Source of the DNA: a bacterium
GTDB lineage: Bacteria; Electryoneota; Electryoneia; Electryoneales; Electryoneaceae
Assembly (NCBI GenBank): GCA_963669175.1
Contig: OY769902.1
Location: 1,056,001 to 1,120,000 of the forward strand
Reading direction: 5' to 3'
Length of the DNA stretch: 64,000 nucleotides
How positions within the stretch are numbered: the first letter of the stretch is position 1; each line of letters opens with the position of its first letter. Below the pieces are notes generated by a model. That model was not told where the DNA came from and did not search any database. It saw only the letters and a program-made list of their open reading frames with translations. Below are positions 21,232 to 31,228 of the stretch, piece after piece. Both the position numbers and the translations under genes were made by a program.

Positions 21232-22494
21232 GTGCAGACAACAAAAATTCAAACAGAAGCCAGCATACTGCAAAAGACAGTAATGGATTCCGGCGTCCGT
21301 GTGATCACAGAGCGTTTTGATAATGTCCGTTCGGCGGCTGTAGGTGCGTGGTTCCTCGCCGGGGCACGTGATGAAACTCCTGAGCTGAACGGCATTTCTC
21401 ATTTCCTGGAACACATGATGTTCAAGGGGACAGACAAACGCTCGCCGTTACAGATCGCACGTGAAATCGAACAGGTCGGCGGTCACCTCAACGCGTTTAC
21501 CAGTAAGGAAGTGACAGCCTATTACGCTCACCTGCTGGATGAACGGCTGCCGTTGGCGGTGGATGTCCTCACGGATATCGTTTCGCATTCCAAGTTTATA
21601 GACAAAGAGCTGGAACGCGAACGTGGGGTCGTGCTGGAAGAGATCGCCGCCGCAGAAGATGCCCCCGATGATGTCGTGCATGAAGATTTCACCAGTCTGC
21701 TGTTCCCGGACCACAGCCTGGGGCGGCCGATTCTCGGGACACGAGAAAAGGTGTCTTCTTTCGGCCGTGATACCGTGATGGACTACTGGTCAACACGCTA
21801 TTCCGCAGACCGTTGCATTATCTCTGCGGCGGGTCGGGTGGACCATGACAAGCTGGTTCGCATGGTGGAAAAGAAGCTGGAACTCAAGAATACCAGCGCA
21901 CCGGAACGAGTGGTGTTTGACCAGCGCGCCCCGAAAGCGGAAACCCATATCCGTAAAAAGGATATTGTGCAGGCGCACCTGGTGCTGGGCATGCGTGGGT
22001 ACACGTTCCACGATGAGCGTCGTTTCCCGTTCTTTATCCTGAATACGGTTTTAGGCAGCGGGATGTCTTCGCGCCTGTTCCAGAGTGTACGGGAACGGAA
22101 CGGGCTGGCCTATTCCATCTACTCTTTCCACGAGGCTTATGGGGATACGGGCCTGTTCGGCATCTACGCCGGAACAGAAGAGAAGCAGGTTGGCAAGGCG
22201 GAAAAGCTGATCCGTAAAGAGATGAAGAAGATGGCGGACAAGCCTCTGAGCAAGGCCGAATTGAACCGTGCCAAGACCCAATTGAAGGGCGCGCTCATGC
22301 TTGGTCTGGAGAATGTATCGACTCGTATGAGCCGTCTGGCTCGAAACGAGGCGTTCCTGAGCAAGTTTGTGACCATCGACGAACTGCTTGGTTACATCGA
22401 TGAAGTGACTTTCGAAAAGGTCCAGGAAGTCGCCAACGATCTGTTCAGCCAGGAGCCCAGTATCGCGCTGGTGCTACCGCAGGGGAAAAACTGA
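21232..22494 (+). CDS. M16 family zinc peptidase
   Basis: HFLEH inverted zincin motif, LNAFTSKE, GSGMSSRLFQ, GLAYSI. GTG 21232 after gaggga. Confidence 0.94.
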   Translation: MQTTKIQTEASILQKTVMDSGVRVITERFDNVRSAAVGAWFLAGARDETPELNGISHFLEHMMFKGTDKRSPLQIAREIEQVGGHLNAFTSKEVTAYYAHLLDERLPLAVDVLTDIVSHSKFIDKELERERGVVLEEIAAAEDAPDDVVHEDFTSLLFPDHSLGRPILGTREKVSSFGRDTVMDYWSTRYSADRCIISAAGRVDHDKLVRMVEKKLELKNTSAPERVVFDQRAPKAETHIRKKDIVQAHLVLGMRGYTFHDERRFPFFILNTVLGSGMSSRLFQSVRERNGLAYSIYSFHEAYGDTGLFGIYAGTEEKQVGKAEKLIRKEMKKMADKPLSKAELNRAKTQLKGALMLGLENVSTRMSRLARNEAFLSKFVTIDELLGYIDEVTFEKVQEVANDLFSQEPSIALVLPQGKN

Positions 22495-22522
22495 TACGCA
22501 GGTTTAGAAGAGAAGACTTCTG

Positions 22523-22606
22523 CAAAAGGGGACTGTTTCCTTTCTCGCGTGATGCAGCTTGAAGCTTGCATGAATGGCGTTGGGAAAGGTGGCTGTCCCC
22601 TTTTTT
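22523..22606. repeat. AAAGGGGAC/GTCCCCTTT inverted-repeat family copy
   Basis: aaaaaggggactgtttccttt ... aaaggtggctgtcccctttttt; same family as 47523-47918. Confidence 0.75.
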
Positions 22607-22646
22607 GTGTAATGTTTTCAATATATTGACAGGGCCACCCGACCTT

Positions 22647-22783
22647 GAAGTTTGAAAGTTGAAAAGTTCGAAGGTTCGAAAGTTATATTATTCATTGTTT
22701 TTCATCCTGATCATCCTTCACCATCCTGTTCATCCTGTGAATTCATCCTGTAAACTCTGTAAATCCATCCTGTAAATCCTGTG
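22647..22783. repeat. AAAGTT array followed by an ATCCT-periodic arm
   Basis: gaagtttgaaagttgaaaagttcgaaggttcgaaagtta, then catcctgatcatccttcaccatcctgttcatcctgtgaattcatcctgtaaa. Confidence 0.75.
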
Positions 22784-22791
22784 CACTACAG

Positions 22792-22820
22792 AAAAACCCG
22801 GCAGGAAAACCCACCGGGTT
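22792..22820 (-). terminator. Intrinsic terminator downstream of gcvT
   Basis: aacccgg...ccgggtt stem plus an A run. Confidence 0.55.
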
Positions 22821-22875
22821 GAAGAATCACGGTAACCCGGCCATGTTTGGCCGGGGAAACAGGCTATTCAGACTG

Positions 22876-23967
22876 TTAATACGGCCGTTTGTAGAACGGT
22901 GTTTCAACAACAACCGCCGGAACGCGCTTGTTCCGGATCGCGACCTCAAAACGTGTGCCGACCTGGGTATATTCCTTGTCCAGGTACGCCATGCCGACGC
23001 CCTTGTCCAACATCGGTGACCAGCATCCGCTGGTGACGTGGCCGATTTTCTCATCGCCAAGGAAGCATTCGTATTCGTGGCGCGGGATGGCCTTGCCTTC
23101 AACCTCGAAGCCGATCAGCTTACGTGTGATGCCCTGTTCCTTGACCTTCAGCACGGCGTCACGTCCGATAAACTCACCCTTGGCGGACTTGGTAATCCAG
23201 CCAAGACCCGCTTCGATAGTGTTGGTGGTGTGGTCGATGTCGTTGCCGTAAAGGGCGAACTTCATCTCGAGCCGCAGGGTGTCACGTGCGCCCAGGCCGA
23301 TAGGTTCGATGTCGAACTCGGCTCCGGCTTCCATGATCGCATCCCACAATTTTTCAGCGTACTCGTTTTTCACATACAGCTCAAAACCATCTTCGCCCGT
23401 GTACCCTGTACGACTGATGATCATGGGCATATCTGCCACGTTGCCTTCGGCAAAATGATAGTACTTGATCTCTTCCAGCTTCACATCGGTCAGTTTCTGG
23501 ATGGTCGGCTGTGCATTGCGGCCCTGGATAGCGAGCAGGGAATAGCTGTCGCTGTCGTCAACCAGTTCCACGCCATCGGGCTTGTTGTCAACGAAGTGGT
23601 TCCAGTCTTTCTGACGATTGGCTGCGTTGACCACGATCATGAACTTGTCTTCGAAACGGTAGACCAGCAGGTCATCAACGATTCCGCCATCCTCAAACAG
23701 GGTTGCACTGTACTGAGCCTGGTTCACGTTGAGTTTACGGACGTTGTTTACCGTCATCGAGTTCAGCCATTCCGCCGCGCCATCCCCACTGACAAAGAAT
23801 TCTCCCATATGGGACACATCAAACATACCGACCGATTCACGGACTTTGCGATGTTCCGCATTAATGCCCGCATACTGAATCGGCATGATGTACCCGGCAA
23901 ACGGCGCCAATTTCGCACCGGCCTCAACATGCTTGTTGTACAACGCAGTCTTCGCGCCTTCCATCAT
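22876..23967 (-). CDS. gcvT: Glycine cleavage system aminomethyltransferase T
   Basis: GMFDVSHMGE, VVNAAN, SRTGYTGEDGFE, GLGARDTLRLE. Confidence 0.97.
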   Translation of the reverse strand: MMEGAKTALYNKHVEAGAKLAPFAGYIMPIQYAGINAEHRKVRESVGMFDVSHMGEFFVSGDGAAEWLNSMTVNNVRKLNVNQAQYSATLFEDGGIVDDLLVYRFEDKFMIVVNAANRQKDWNHFVDNKPDGVELVDDSDSYSLLAIQGRNAQPTIQKLTDVKLEEIKYYHFAEGNVADMPMIISRTGYTGEDGFELYVKNEYAEKLWDAIMEAGAEFDIEPIGLGARDTLRLEMKFALYGNDIDHTTNTIEAGLGWITKSAKGEFIGRDAVLKVKEQGITRKLIGFEVEGKAIPRHEYECFLGDEKIGHVTSGCWSPMLDKGVGMAYLDKEYTQVGTRFEVAIRNKRVPAVVVETPFYKRPY

Positions 23968-24206
23968 CGTTCCCCTTTTCTGTCGTGGAACTCCTGCTTC
24001 CTGGCTTCAACCGGTTCCGTAACCCCCACCCGAGAGTACAGGATACGCATTCCAGGACTTTGCAGCAACTCATGCCCGGCAAATGTATGAATCCTGTCCA
24101 TGTAAGGAAAGCCTTTTGCAGGGTGAGCCTCTCATCAAAATGGAACTGAAAAAGAGGAAACACAGGAATTAGCGGAGGATAGGTAATTTTCAGGGGTCAG
24201 GAGAAT

Positions 24207-24234
24207 AAAACGCCGCAATCAGGGATTGCGGCGT
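24207..24234 (-). terminator. Intrinsic terminator of the cold-shock gene
   Basis: acgccgcaatc/gattgcggcgt stem plus an A run. Confidence 0.75.
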
Positions 24235-24256
24235 CGGTATCAGGCGTTGTACAACA

Positions 24257-24481
24257 TTACCAGGTGGTAGGCTGGCCTCCCCCGCCAACACGCTGTACGT
24301 CGCGAGCGGCGAGACCCTTCTCCCCCTGCTCGACTTCAAATTCAACTTCTTCGCCTTCTTCCAGATTACGGAAACCACTGCCGGAAATCGCGCTGAAATG
24401 GACGAAGACATCCTTGCCGTCTTCAGACTCGATAAAGCCGTAACCCTTCTTACTGTCAAACCACTTCACTCTACCCTTCAT
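24257..24481 (-). CDS. Cold-shock protein (CspA family)
   Basis: [21 protein letters not shown]. Confidence 0.96.
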   Translation of the reverse strand: MKGRVKWFDSKKGYGFIESEDGKDVFVHFSAISGSGFRNLEEGEEVEFEVEQGEKGLAARDVQRVGGGGQPTTW

Positions 24482-24815
24482 TCGTGCCTCTACTGTTACT
24501 GAAAATCTCTACCTGAGTCCATCGCCCCAGATCACATTTCAAAATAGTGTAGGGTTTCTGCGGAGTTCAACCACTTTTCTCTCAGGAATGAAAATATTTC
24601 CAAAAGGACATGTTCCGAGGGAGACCGGCATAAATAGACACGAAATAGAAACGTGGTTCGGCTAGCTTGGGGAAATATCAAGAGTTAGCGAAAGGCGCCA
24701 AGCTTTCGGTTGAGTGATGTGCAGGTTGTAAGAAATTGGATATGCACATGATGCATGAAAACTGTTACTGTTTTTACGGGCTCTTTCTGCTCGGAGCTGG
24801 CGAGCCGGAAGCATC

Positions 24816-25994
24816 TCAGGCAGCATGATCCATGTTTCTAAATGGTGGATTCGCACTTCTCAAATCTGAAATACCGTTGTGTCCGGGAAACTCGGACAGA
24901 GGCTGACTCTTTACCAGGGCGATCACTTCTTCCAGGTCTGCACTCTGCAAAATGGTGCGTTCAACGGCAAACAGATCGCCAAGTTGACCGGTAATCATGG
25001 GGAAAGACTGGAGCTGGTCGGAAAGCGCCCATTTCACCAGCCTGATTTCTCCATCCGCGATTTCAATGCCGGTCAATCCCTTCTTATGAACAAGGGCGCC
25101 GGAATTGAAATAGCAGGGAACCGGCTGGTCATCGCGAGTGAAATCGTTCCATTTTCCCAGGCCGCTGCCGTTACGAAGCAGATCCTTCATCAGTTGCAGG
25201 TTGGCTTTCATCAGGTACGATGCCGTGTTGTTGTGAACTTCACGCTCCAGGGTTGCGCATGCTTCCTGGAGTTCAGCACGGCAGGCAAAGGTCTGGAACA
25301 TGGGACGATGGGTGTGCCCGGCGATCAATACTTTGCTGCGTGATTTCGCCCAGCGGTACAGTTTCTGATCACGTTTCCAGCGAATCAGGTGATTGGTTGC
25401 GGCGCGTGCGGTGGAGATACGTGTGAACCGTTGAATCCAGCGCCAGGGATGACGGACAAAATAACGGCTGAACCAGGCATAGGTGTCGTCCAGCCCTTCA
25501 CCCTGGTGGCCATGAGTGATTACCAGTTCATCGCCCAGCAGCAGGCCGGAATAAACCTCGATATCCCCGAGGACCGGCTTCAGGTGTTTCTCCACCTTTT
25601 CCGGATGCCGCCATAAGTCATCGTGGTTGCCGTAAATCCGGGTGTAATATTCCGGTCCTTTTTCCGCGAACATGCGTTCCAGCGTGAATATGGTATCCTT
25701 ATATGCAGCCATAATTTCACGTGGTTTGGCTTCCCAGCATTCCTCGATATCCCCGTTCAGCACCAGCCGCCAGTCATTGTTGTAATACTGTTCCAGAACA
25801 TGGCAGAGAAGCATCTCGTTCGGGTGGCATTCGTCGATGCCGGGCGCCTTGTCCGCCTTGTGCATGTCGCTGAAGATGATGTACCTGTCACGTTTCAGGT
25901 CAAAAGGCAACCTGCGGGCAAAACGAAGGGATGCATCCATTGCCTGGAATGTGTTTCTTACCACCTTGCCGGATACAGTATCACGAAACAACAC
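24816..25994 (-). CDS. Calcineurin-like metallophosphoesterase
   Basis: SDMH, NGDIEE, GNHD, HGH and GHTH metal-binding motifs. Confidence 0.88.
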   Translation of the reverse strand: MLFRDTVSGKVVRNTFQAMDASLRFARRLPFDLKRDRYIIFSDMHKADKAPGIDECHPNEMLLCHVLEQYYNNDWRLVLNGDIEECWEAKPREIMAAYKDTIFTLERMFAEKGPEYYTRIYGNHDDLWRHPEKVEKHLKPVLGDIEVYSGLLLGDELVITHGHQGEGLDDTYAWFSRYFVRHPWRWIQRFTRISTARAATNHLIRWKRDQKLYRWAKSRSKVLIAGHTHRPMFQTFACRAELQEACATLEREVHNNTASYLMKANLQLMKDLLRNGSGLGKWNDFTRDDQPVPCYFNSGALVHKKGLTGIEIADGEIRLVKWALSDQLQSFPMITGQLGDLFAVERTILQSADLEEVIALVKSQPLSEFPGHNGISDLRSANPPFRNMDHAA

Positions 25995-26195
25995 GCTTGA
26001 CTCCTACTACGTCCTGCCATTCATCGCTGACGAACACCTGCTCACACAGTACGCATGAAACTCTGCACGACTTTTCCACTTTCTGGTGAAAGGATACCCT
26101 TCTCAGGTTAAAACTACGTTTGAGTTTGCCTCGGGAACTGTTAGAGCCTTTCTTTTTCAGGGGGTTAGCTGTGGCGCACAGGTAACTGCCAGAGG

Positions 26196-26690
26196 TGACT
26201 CACAGGATGTAAGGATAGAAGGATGGTAAGGATATTGCTAAGAGATTGGCCCCGACGACTTGTCCGGCGGTGGTCTATTCTAAGTTTGAAAGTTGTAAAG
26301 TTTAAAAGTTATTGATCGCTATTGGCCTCGAATTTTATCCTTGCTATCCTTATCATCCTTTACATCCTGTGCCTTGAATCAATGCCCGCTATAAATCAAT
26401 TAAAGGAGGAAAAGGCAATCACAGGTTGCATGGCCTGACTTGCCTGTGATCATCTCAAAGCGAATGAAGAAATCGGCTATGAATGAAAATCCTGCCCCAC
26501 AGGATGCCTTTGAAGCAAGTCGGGAGAACTGTAGTACACAAAACAAACGGTATCACTCTTTGTCTATTTAAGACATGAGGACGAACTCTTTCATTCAATA
26601 AGAATAGACCACCGCCGGACAAGCCGTCGGGGCCAACAAATATCTTTTTATCCTTGATATCCTTATCATCCTTAACATCCTGTAAATTCA
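26196..26690. repeat. Composite palindromic element (AGGAT arms, TTGGCCCCG REP pair, AAAGTT array)
   Basis: tgactcacaggatg..., then ttggccccgacgacttgtccggcggtggtctattc (about 26247), its inverse gaatagaccaccgccggacaagccgtcggggccaa (about 26602), then ...catcctgtaaattca. Confidence 0.8.
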
Positions 26691-26693
26691 ATT

Positions 26694-26723
26694 AAAAACC
26701 CGGACTGCGAGCACAATCCGGGT
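26694..26723 (-). terminator. Intrinsic terminator of the M42 peptidase gene
   Basis: acccgga...tccgggt stem with an A run. Confidence 0.55.
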
Positions 26724-26750
26724 CAGAGTGTTTACCAGCTACCACAGAGA

Positions 26751-27779
26751 CTACATGTACTGCCTGTCGCCAGCAGCTTCGAGGTAGGCGGCCAGCAGAT
26801 CAATACCTGCCTGCACATCTTCCTTGTGTACCAGTTCCACGGTAGAATGGACATAACGGCTGGGTATGGAAAGCGTGATCACATGCGCTCCTCCGGGAAC
26901 ACGCCAGATCGCGCCAGCGTCCGTCCCGCCACGGGGCAGGATCTCCGGTTGCCATTTGATCTCGTTGGCGTCGGCCAGTTCTTCCATGTGACGCACCAGC
27001 GCCGGGCTGGAGATGGAAGCGCTGTCCATACGTTTGATCCCGATCCCGTCGCCCATGCGTGTAACCGCTTCATGTTTGCCCGCGCCGGGGACGTCATTGG
27101 CGATGGTCACATCAATCGCGATGCCGATCTCGGGCTGGATCTGGGCGGCGGAGGCGGTAGCGCCACGAATGCCGACCTCTTCCTGCACTGCCGCGACAGC
27201 GTAAATCTGCGCATCGTGTTTCTTCAGCTTGCGAAGCGCCTCCAGCATGACATAGACACCGATACGGTCGTCCATGGCACGCGACAGGTACATATCGCCC
27301 ATTTCAGCGAATTCGCCCACCCAGGTAACCGGATCGCCGATGCGTACCAGTTCTTTCACCTTCTCGGCGTCCATACCCAGATCGATGAAGAAATCCTTCA
27401 CCTCAAGTGTTTTCTTTTTCTCTGCATCAGAAAGGACATGAACCGGCTTCGATCCCATCACACCCAACAGGTCTTCCTTACCGTGAACGATGACACGTTG
27501 CGCCATCAGCGTGCGAGCGTCAAAACCGCCGGTCGGGTTGATACGCAGGAAACCGTCCTCGTCGATATACGACACCATGAACCCGATCTGGTCCATGTGA
27601 GCGGAAATCATCACTTTGGGGCCGTTGCCCTTCTTCACGCCGATCAAGTTTCCCAGGCGGTCCACACGCAGCTCATCGACCAGGCTTTCCATTTCCTCAC
27701 GGACCACTTCACGAATCCGTTGTTCCTGCCCCGGGCAACCGGGTGTCTGGGTCAGTTTTTTCAGCAAATCCACAGGCAT
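26751..27779 (-). CDS. M42 family metallo-aminopeptidase
   Basis: SAHMDQIG, AMDDRIG, QEEVGIRGA, AIDVT, GGTDAG, RYVHS. Confidence 0.94.
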   Translation of the reverse strand: MPVDLLKKLTQTPGCPGQEQRIREVVREEMESLVDELRVDRLGNLIGVKKGNGPKVMISAHMDQIGFMVSYIDEDGFLRINPTGGFDARTLMAQRVIVHGKEDLLGVMGSKPVHVLSDAEKKKTLEVKDFFIDLGMDAEKVKELVRIGDPVTWVGEFAEMGDMYLSRAMDDRIGVYVMLEALRKLKKHDAQIYAVAAVQEEVGIRGATASAAQIQPEIGIAIDVTIANDVPGAGKHEAVTRMGDGIGIKRMDSASISSPALVRHMEELADANEIKWQPEILPRGGTDAGAIWRVPGGAHVITLSIPSRYVHSTVELVHKEDVQAGIDLLAAYLEAAGDRQYM

Positions 27780-27940
27780 ATCCTTTCATGTATGTCGTTG
27801 TATGGTTGGTAGTTTGTTATGATGACCACTTTTGGTACGTGAGTCAAGTTGCATGGTTCCGTTGGGTCTCTTTGTTTCTGTTTGCTCACGTCTGATTAGA
27901 TCCCGGACCGGGGGCAGTCCGGGCTACCTTCTTCAAATAA

Positions 27941-28014
27941 ACGAGAATTAATTCTCTCTTCCCTCTTGACACGAGTCCTGTTACCTGCTCATCTTTAACG
28001 AGAAATAATTCTCG
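27941..28014 (+). promoter_or_regulatory. Sigma70-like promoter flanked by two palindromic operators
   Basis: acgagaattaattctct (27941) and acgagaaataattctcg (27998) bracket ttgaca-N18-catctt upstream of the BlaI-like gene. Confidence 0.65.
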
Positions 28015-28039
28015 CAAAGAAACCGAACCGGGAGCAACG

Positions 28040-28435
28040 ATGGCGAATCGTTCCACATCCACCTTTACCGAAGTCGAGCTGGAGTTCATGCAGTTGGTCT
28101 GGGAACGTGGTGAAGTAACCGCGGAAGACATCCAGCAGGCGCTGCACGAACAGGGGCGTGAGCTGGCGGACGGTAGTGTGCGCAAGGTCTTGTCGATCCT
28201 GATGAAGAAGGGTCATTTGTCACGTGAACGTGTGGGTCGTGGGTATGTCTACAAGGCGAAGGTGGTCAAGGAGCAGGCTCACAACACTATGCTTACGGAC
28301 TTGCTGGACCGTGCCTTTAGCGATTCCGCTCCAGACATGGTGGCGACCCTGCTACGCAGCCGTGACCTGAGTGAAGAGGACTTGAGTGAGATCAAAAAGC
28401 TGATCGCGTCCTATGAACAGGAGCGTGGCGCATGA
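28040..28435 (+). CDS. BlaI/MecI/CopY family repressor
   Basis: ELEFMQLVW, SVRKVLSILMKKG, GRGYVY, LLDRAF. Confidence 0.92.
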   Translation: MANRSTSTFTEVELEFMQLVWERGEVTAEDIQQALHEQGRELADGSVRKVLSILMKKGHLSRERVGRGYVYKAKVVKEQAHNTMLTDLLDRAFSDSAPDMVATLLRSRDLSEEDLSEIKKLIASYEQERGA

Positions 28436-30093
28436 ATATGATACTGGATTTTGCCGGTCGGACGGTCACACATCTGCTTCTGACCACACTTTGGCAATCT
28501 GCGGTGATCGCGGTTGTGAGTTTGCCGGTGTTGTGGTTGTTACGCAGGCATCGCGCCCAGGTACGTTACCTGGTGCTGTTGACCGGGCTGGTTCTGATGC
28601 TGGCGCTTCCCCTGTTGACGGTTACTCCGGTTGGCGGCTGGCTGGAGCTGGTGTCTTGGGGACAGGCGGACAATGCCGATACGGCGCCGGTACAGCGGCT
28701 TTATTCGCTGGATACGATGGAACATGTCGCGGATGTCAGGATTATCCCATCGTCCGGTACCGGTCGTGCCTGGTACAAACGCGAATCCACATGGCTGGTA
28801 ATCCTGGCCTTATACGCTTTCGGGGTTACGCTGATGCTGATGCAAACCCTGTACAATTGGCTGAAAGTACATCGTTGGATCAGGCGGGCTCGAACGGTAT
28901 CCTCTGAACAGGTCATGCAGGTTTTCGATGCAGCGCGTGATCAGCTTGGTTTGAGGCGTGTTATCCCCATCCTGTCTCATTCGAATGTTACTGTCCCGAT
29001 GGCGGTGGGGTGGCGTCAGGCGAGGGTGTTGCTGCCCGCGAATGTAGTTGACCAGGCAGATCCGGATAAGCTGGCCACTGTAGCGTTGCATGAGCTGGGC
29101 CATATCTGCCGTAATGATGCGCGGGTGTTCATGTTGCTTGGCTGGGTACGCCCGTTTCTCTTCTTCAATCCCTTCTTTCATCTCTTTCGCAGGTGGTTGG
29201 GTACCCAGGCGGAATATGCCTGCGATGAGTTTGTCTTGCAGTCCGGAGCTGATCCGGTAGCCTACGCCAAGACGCTGTTGTCGTACGCACGTGTGCGTCC
29301 TTGTGGCGGCAGGCCGGATTTCGCGCCGGGCTTGTTTACCAGGAGTGAAGTTTTGAGCCGGATACACCGTACACTGAGGTTTGGGAGGACACCCATGCGA
29401 ACATGGACACATACGACTGCAATCGTATTCGGGATAAGTGTTGTGATCACAGGCGCTTTGATTATCGGATTGCCTTTACTGGAAAAACCGGTTCTGGCCG
29501 CGCCGGATGGCGACAAAGAAGGCAAGGTTCCGGAGGAAGTGTTGGTTGTGCCCAATGTGGATGAAAGCATTGCCTGTATCACTCATTTCCCTTTGAAGAA
29601 AGACCTTGATCAACGGATTTCCCTTGGGTATGGCCCCTGCAAAGATCCTTTTACCGGTGAAGCAGTGTTTCACAAGGCCATTGATCTTCCTGCCGAAGCG
29701 GGAACCCCGGTCCTGGCGGCTGGCGCAGGTAAAGTGATCAAGGTAAAAACCGAGGATGAGGGACGCGGGAACTTTGTCGTCATCCTGCATGAAGGTGACT
29801 ACATGACTCACTATACTCATCTTCAGGGCTTCAACGTGGAACTGAACCAGCAGGTGAACCCGGGTGATGTGATCGGGTATGTGGGCAGCACTGGCAAATC
29901 CACCGGACCGCATCTGCATTTCGCAGTGTCACGTGGCACGGAATACATCAACCCGATGACAGTAGCAGCGATTCATGACCATATGATGAAGATCAAGCAA
30001 ATTCGCGCGGAACAGCAGGGGATGCGTCAACCCTCCGAAACAAAAGCGCAGGATTCGGTGTTTGTTATCTACAGTACGCAGACACGCGATTGA
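28432..30093 (+). CDS. BlaR1-type M56 peptidase fused to an M23 peptidase domain
   Basis: TM segments, HELGH, EYACD (M56); HKAID, YTHL, STGPHLHF (M23). ATGA overlap with the repressor. Confidence 0.92.
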   Translation: MNMILDFAGRTVTHLLLTTLWQSAVIAVVSLPVLWLLRRHRAQVRYLVLLTGLVLMLALPLLTVTPVGGWLELVSWGQADNADTAPVQRLYSLDTMEHVADVRIIPSSGTGRAWYKRESTWLVILALYAFGVTLMLMQTLYNWLKVHRWIRRARTVSSEQVMQVFDAARDQLGLRRVIPILSHSNVTVPMAVGWRQARVLLPANVVDQADPDKLATVALHELGHICRNDARVFMLLGWVRPFLFFNPFFHLFRRWLGTQAEYACDEFVLQSGADPVAYAKTLLSYARVRPCGGRPDFAPGLFTRSEVLSRIHRTLRFGRTPMRTWTHTTAIVFGISVVITGALIIGLPLLEKPVLAAPDGDKEGKVPEEVLVVPNVDESIACITHFPLKKDLDQRISLGYGPCKDPFTGEAVFHKAIDLPAEAGTPVLAAGAGKVIKVKTEDEGRGNFVVILHEGDYMTHYTHLQGFNVELNQQVNPGDVIGYVGSTGKSTGPHLHFAVSRGTEYINPMTVAAIHDHMMKIKQIRAEQQGMRQPSETKAQDSVFVIYSTQTRD

Positions 30094-30202
30094 TAACCTA
30101 TCATCTGAGATAGAATTTATAATTGTGTCCCTGTTTGCTTGCAAACAGGGGCAAAGCAAACAGGAACAACAGTAAAATAATACTGCTTCATCCATCCTAA
30201 GC

Positions 30203-30239
30203 AAGCGTCGAGCCGGGGCAGGGTTCGGCGTTTGTTTTT
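30203..30239 (+). terminator. Intrinsic terminator
   Basis: aagcgtcgagcc...ggttcggcgttt stem with G-U pairs, then a T run. Confidence 0.55.
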
Positions 30240-30269
30240 CGTAACGTACTTTTCAATCTGGACACAATT

Positions 30270-30890
30270 CTACTCTTCCCCGGCAACAGGTGCAGACGGG
30301 TCAATCGTTGCCGGGCCAAGAATCCCGCCGGACAGTACACATTTTAGAGCTTCGCTCACCGACCAGCCCGGATCACGTACCTGTTCTTCACGTGCCAGTA
30401 CGAGATTCCCCGTAGCGGGATTCGGGGGCAATGGGATATACACTTTCAGCAGGGTGTTACCGGTAGTACGATCTTTCACGGTTCCGGTGACAAACCCGAT
30501 CGCCCACATGCCCGGTTTCAGGTATTCGATCAGCACCGCACGTTCGAACACCTGGTGCGAGGGCAGGGAAAGGGTGGAGGATAGTTGTTTGCCAAGGTTG
30601 TAGACAGTACGGATCATCGGAATTTTATTGGAAATCCGGTCAACCATGGCGATAATCTGACGTCCGATGGTACGGCTTGCAAACCAGCCGAGGAACAACA
30701 ACAGGACAATCAGCAGCAGGATACCCATGCCGGGAAAGGAGAATCCGGTCAGTTTGTCGATAAACAGGACAATCCGCTGATCGATCTGCTTGTACATGAA
30801 GTAGAGCACAAACGCGGTCAGGCCGAGCGGTGTAATCGCCAGCAGGCCGCGGAATATATAGGTCTGAATCTTCTTCATGACTTGACGCAT
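30270..30890 (-). CDS. DUF502 domain membrane protein
   Basis: GLLAITPLGLT, KIPMIRTVY, VLIEY, IGFVT, PNPATG, LSGG. Confidence 0.9.
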   Translation of the reverse strand: MRQVMKKIQTYIFRGLLAITPLGLTAFVLYFMYKQIDQRIVLFIDKLTGFSFPGMGILLLIVLLLFLGWFASRTIGRQIIAMVDRISNKIPMIRTVYNLGKQLSSTLSLPSHQVFERAVLIEYLKPGMWAIGFVTGTVKDRTTGNTLLKVYIPLPPNPATGNLVLAREEQVRDPGWSVSEALKCVLSGGILGPATIDPSAPVAGEE

Positions 30891-31022
30891 GCACTCCTCC
30901 GGGATGGTTCCGTGTGGGAGGTAATGTACGATATCTCTGGCTGATTTTGGCAGTATCTTTGGTTTATAAAAACGCGGGATACGACTCTACTACCTTTGCT
31001 TTGCTGTGGTATGATTAGCCGT

Positions 31023-31168
31023 TTGGCCCGACTGCTTGCTGTCGGGTGTCAGCCGAGATGCACCGGCGTGTTGTCGAGATGGATTGTTTGAGGGGTAAAG
31101 AACATGGGCAGTGCGATTTTTGGGGTGGTGTTTGAGTAGTGTGGCCCGACTGCTTGCTGTCGGGTTTC
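31023..31168. repeat. Two TGG-CCCGAC REP-like hairpins with a duplicated gene start between them
   Basis: tggcccgactgcttgctgtcggg at 31024 and 31142. 31104-31134 copies the antiporter start. Confidence 0.8.
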
Positions 31169-31228
31169 ATCAGAAGTTGACGTACAAGTTAAATCGCAGG
31201 TGAAAATCTGCAGACAGGATAAGAGTGT

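Noticed and set aside
23968-24180. Glycine riboswitch upstream of gcvT
   Set aside because: The conserved GGAGA...CCGAAG...CTCAGG aptamer core was not found on the minus strand.
26455-26691. 78-aa ORF MNLQDVKDDKDIKD
   Set aside because: It is a translation of the AGGAT arm and REP hairpin, with no independent evidence of coding.
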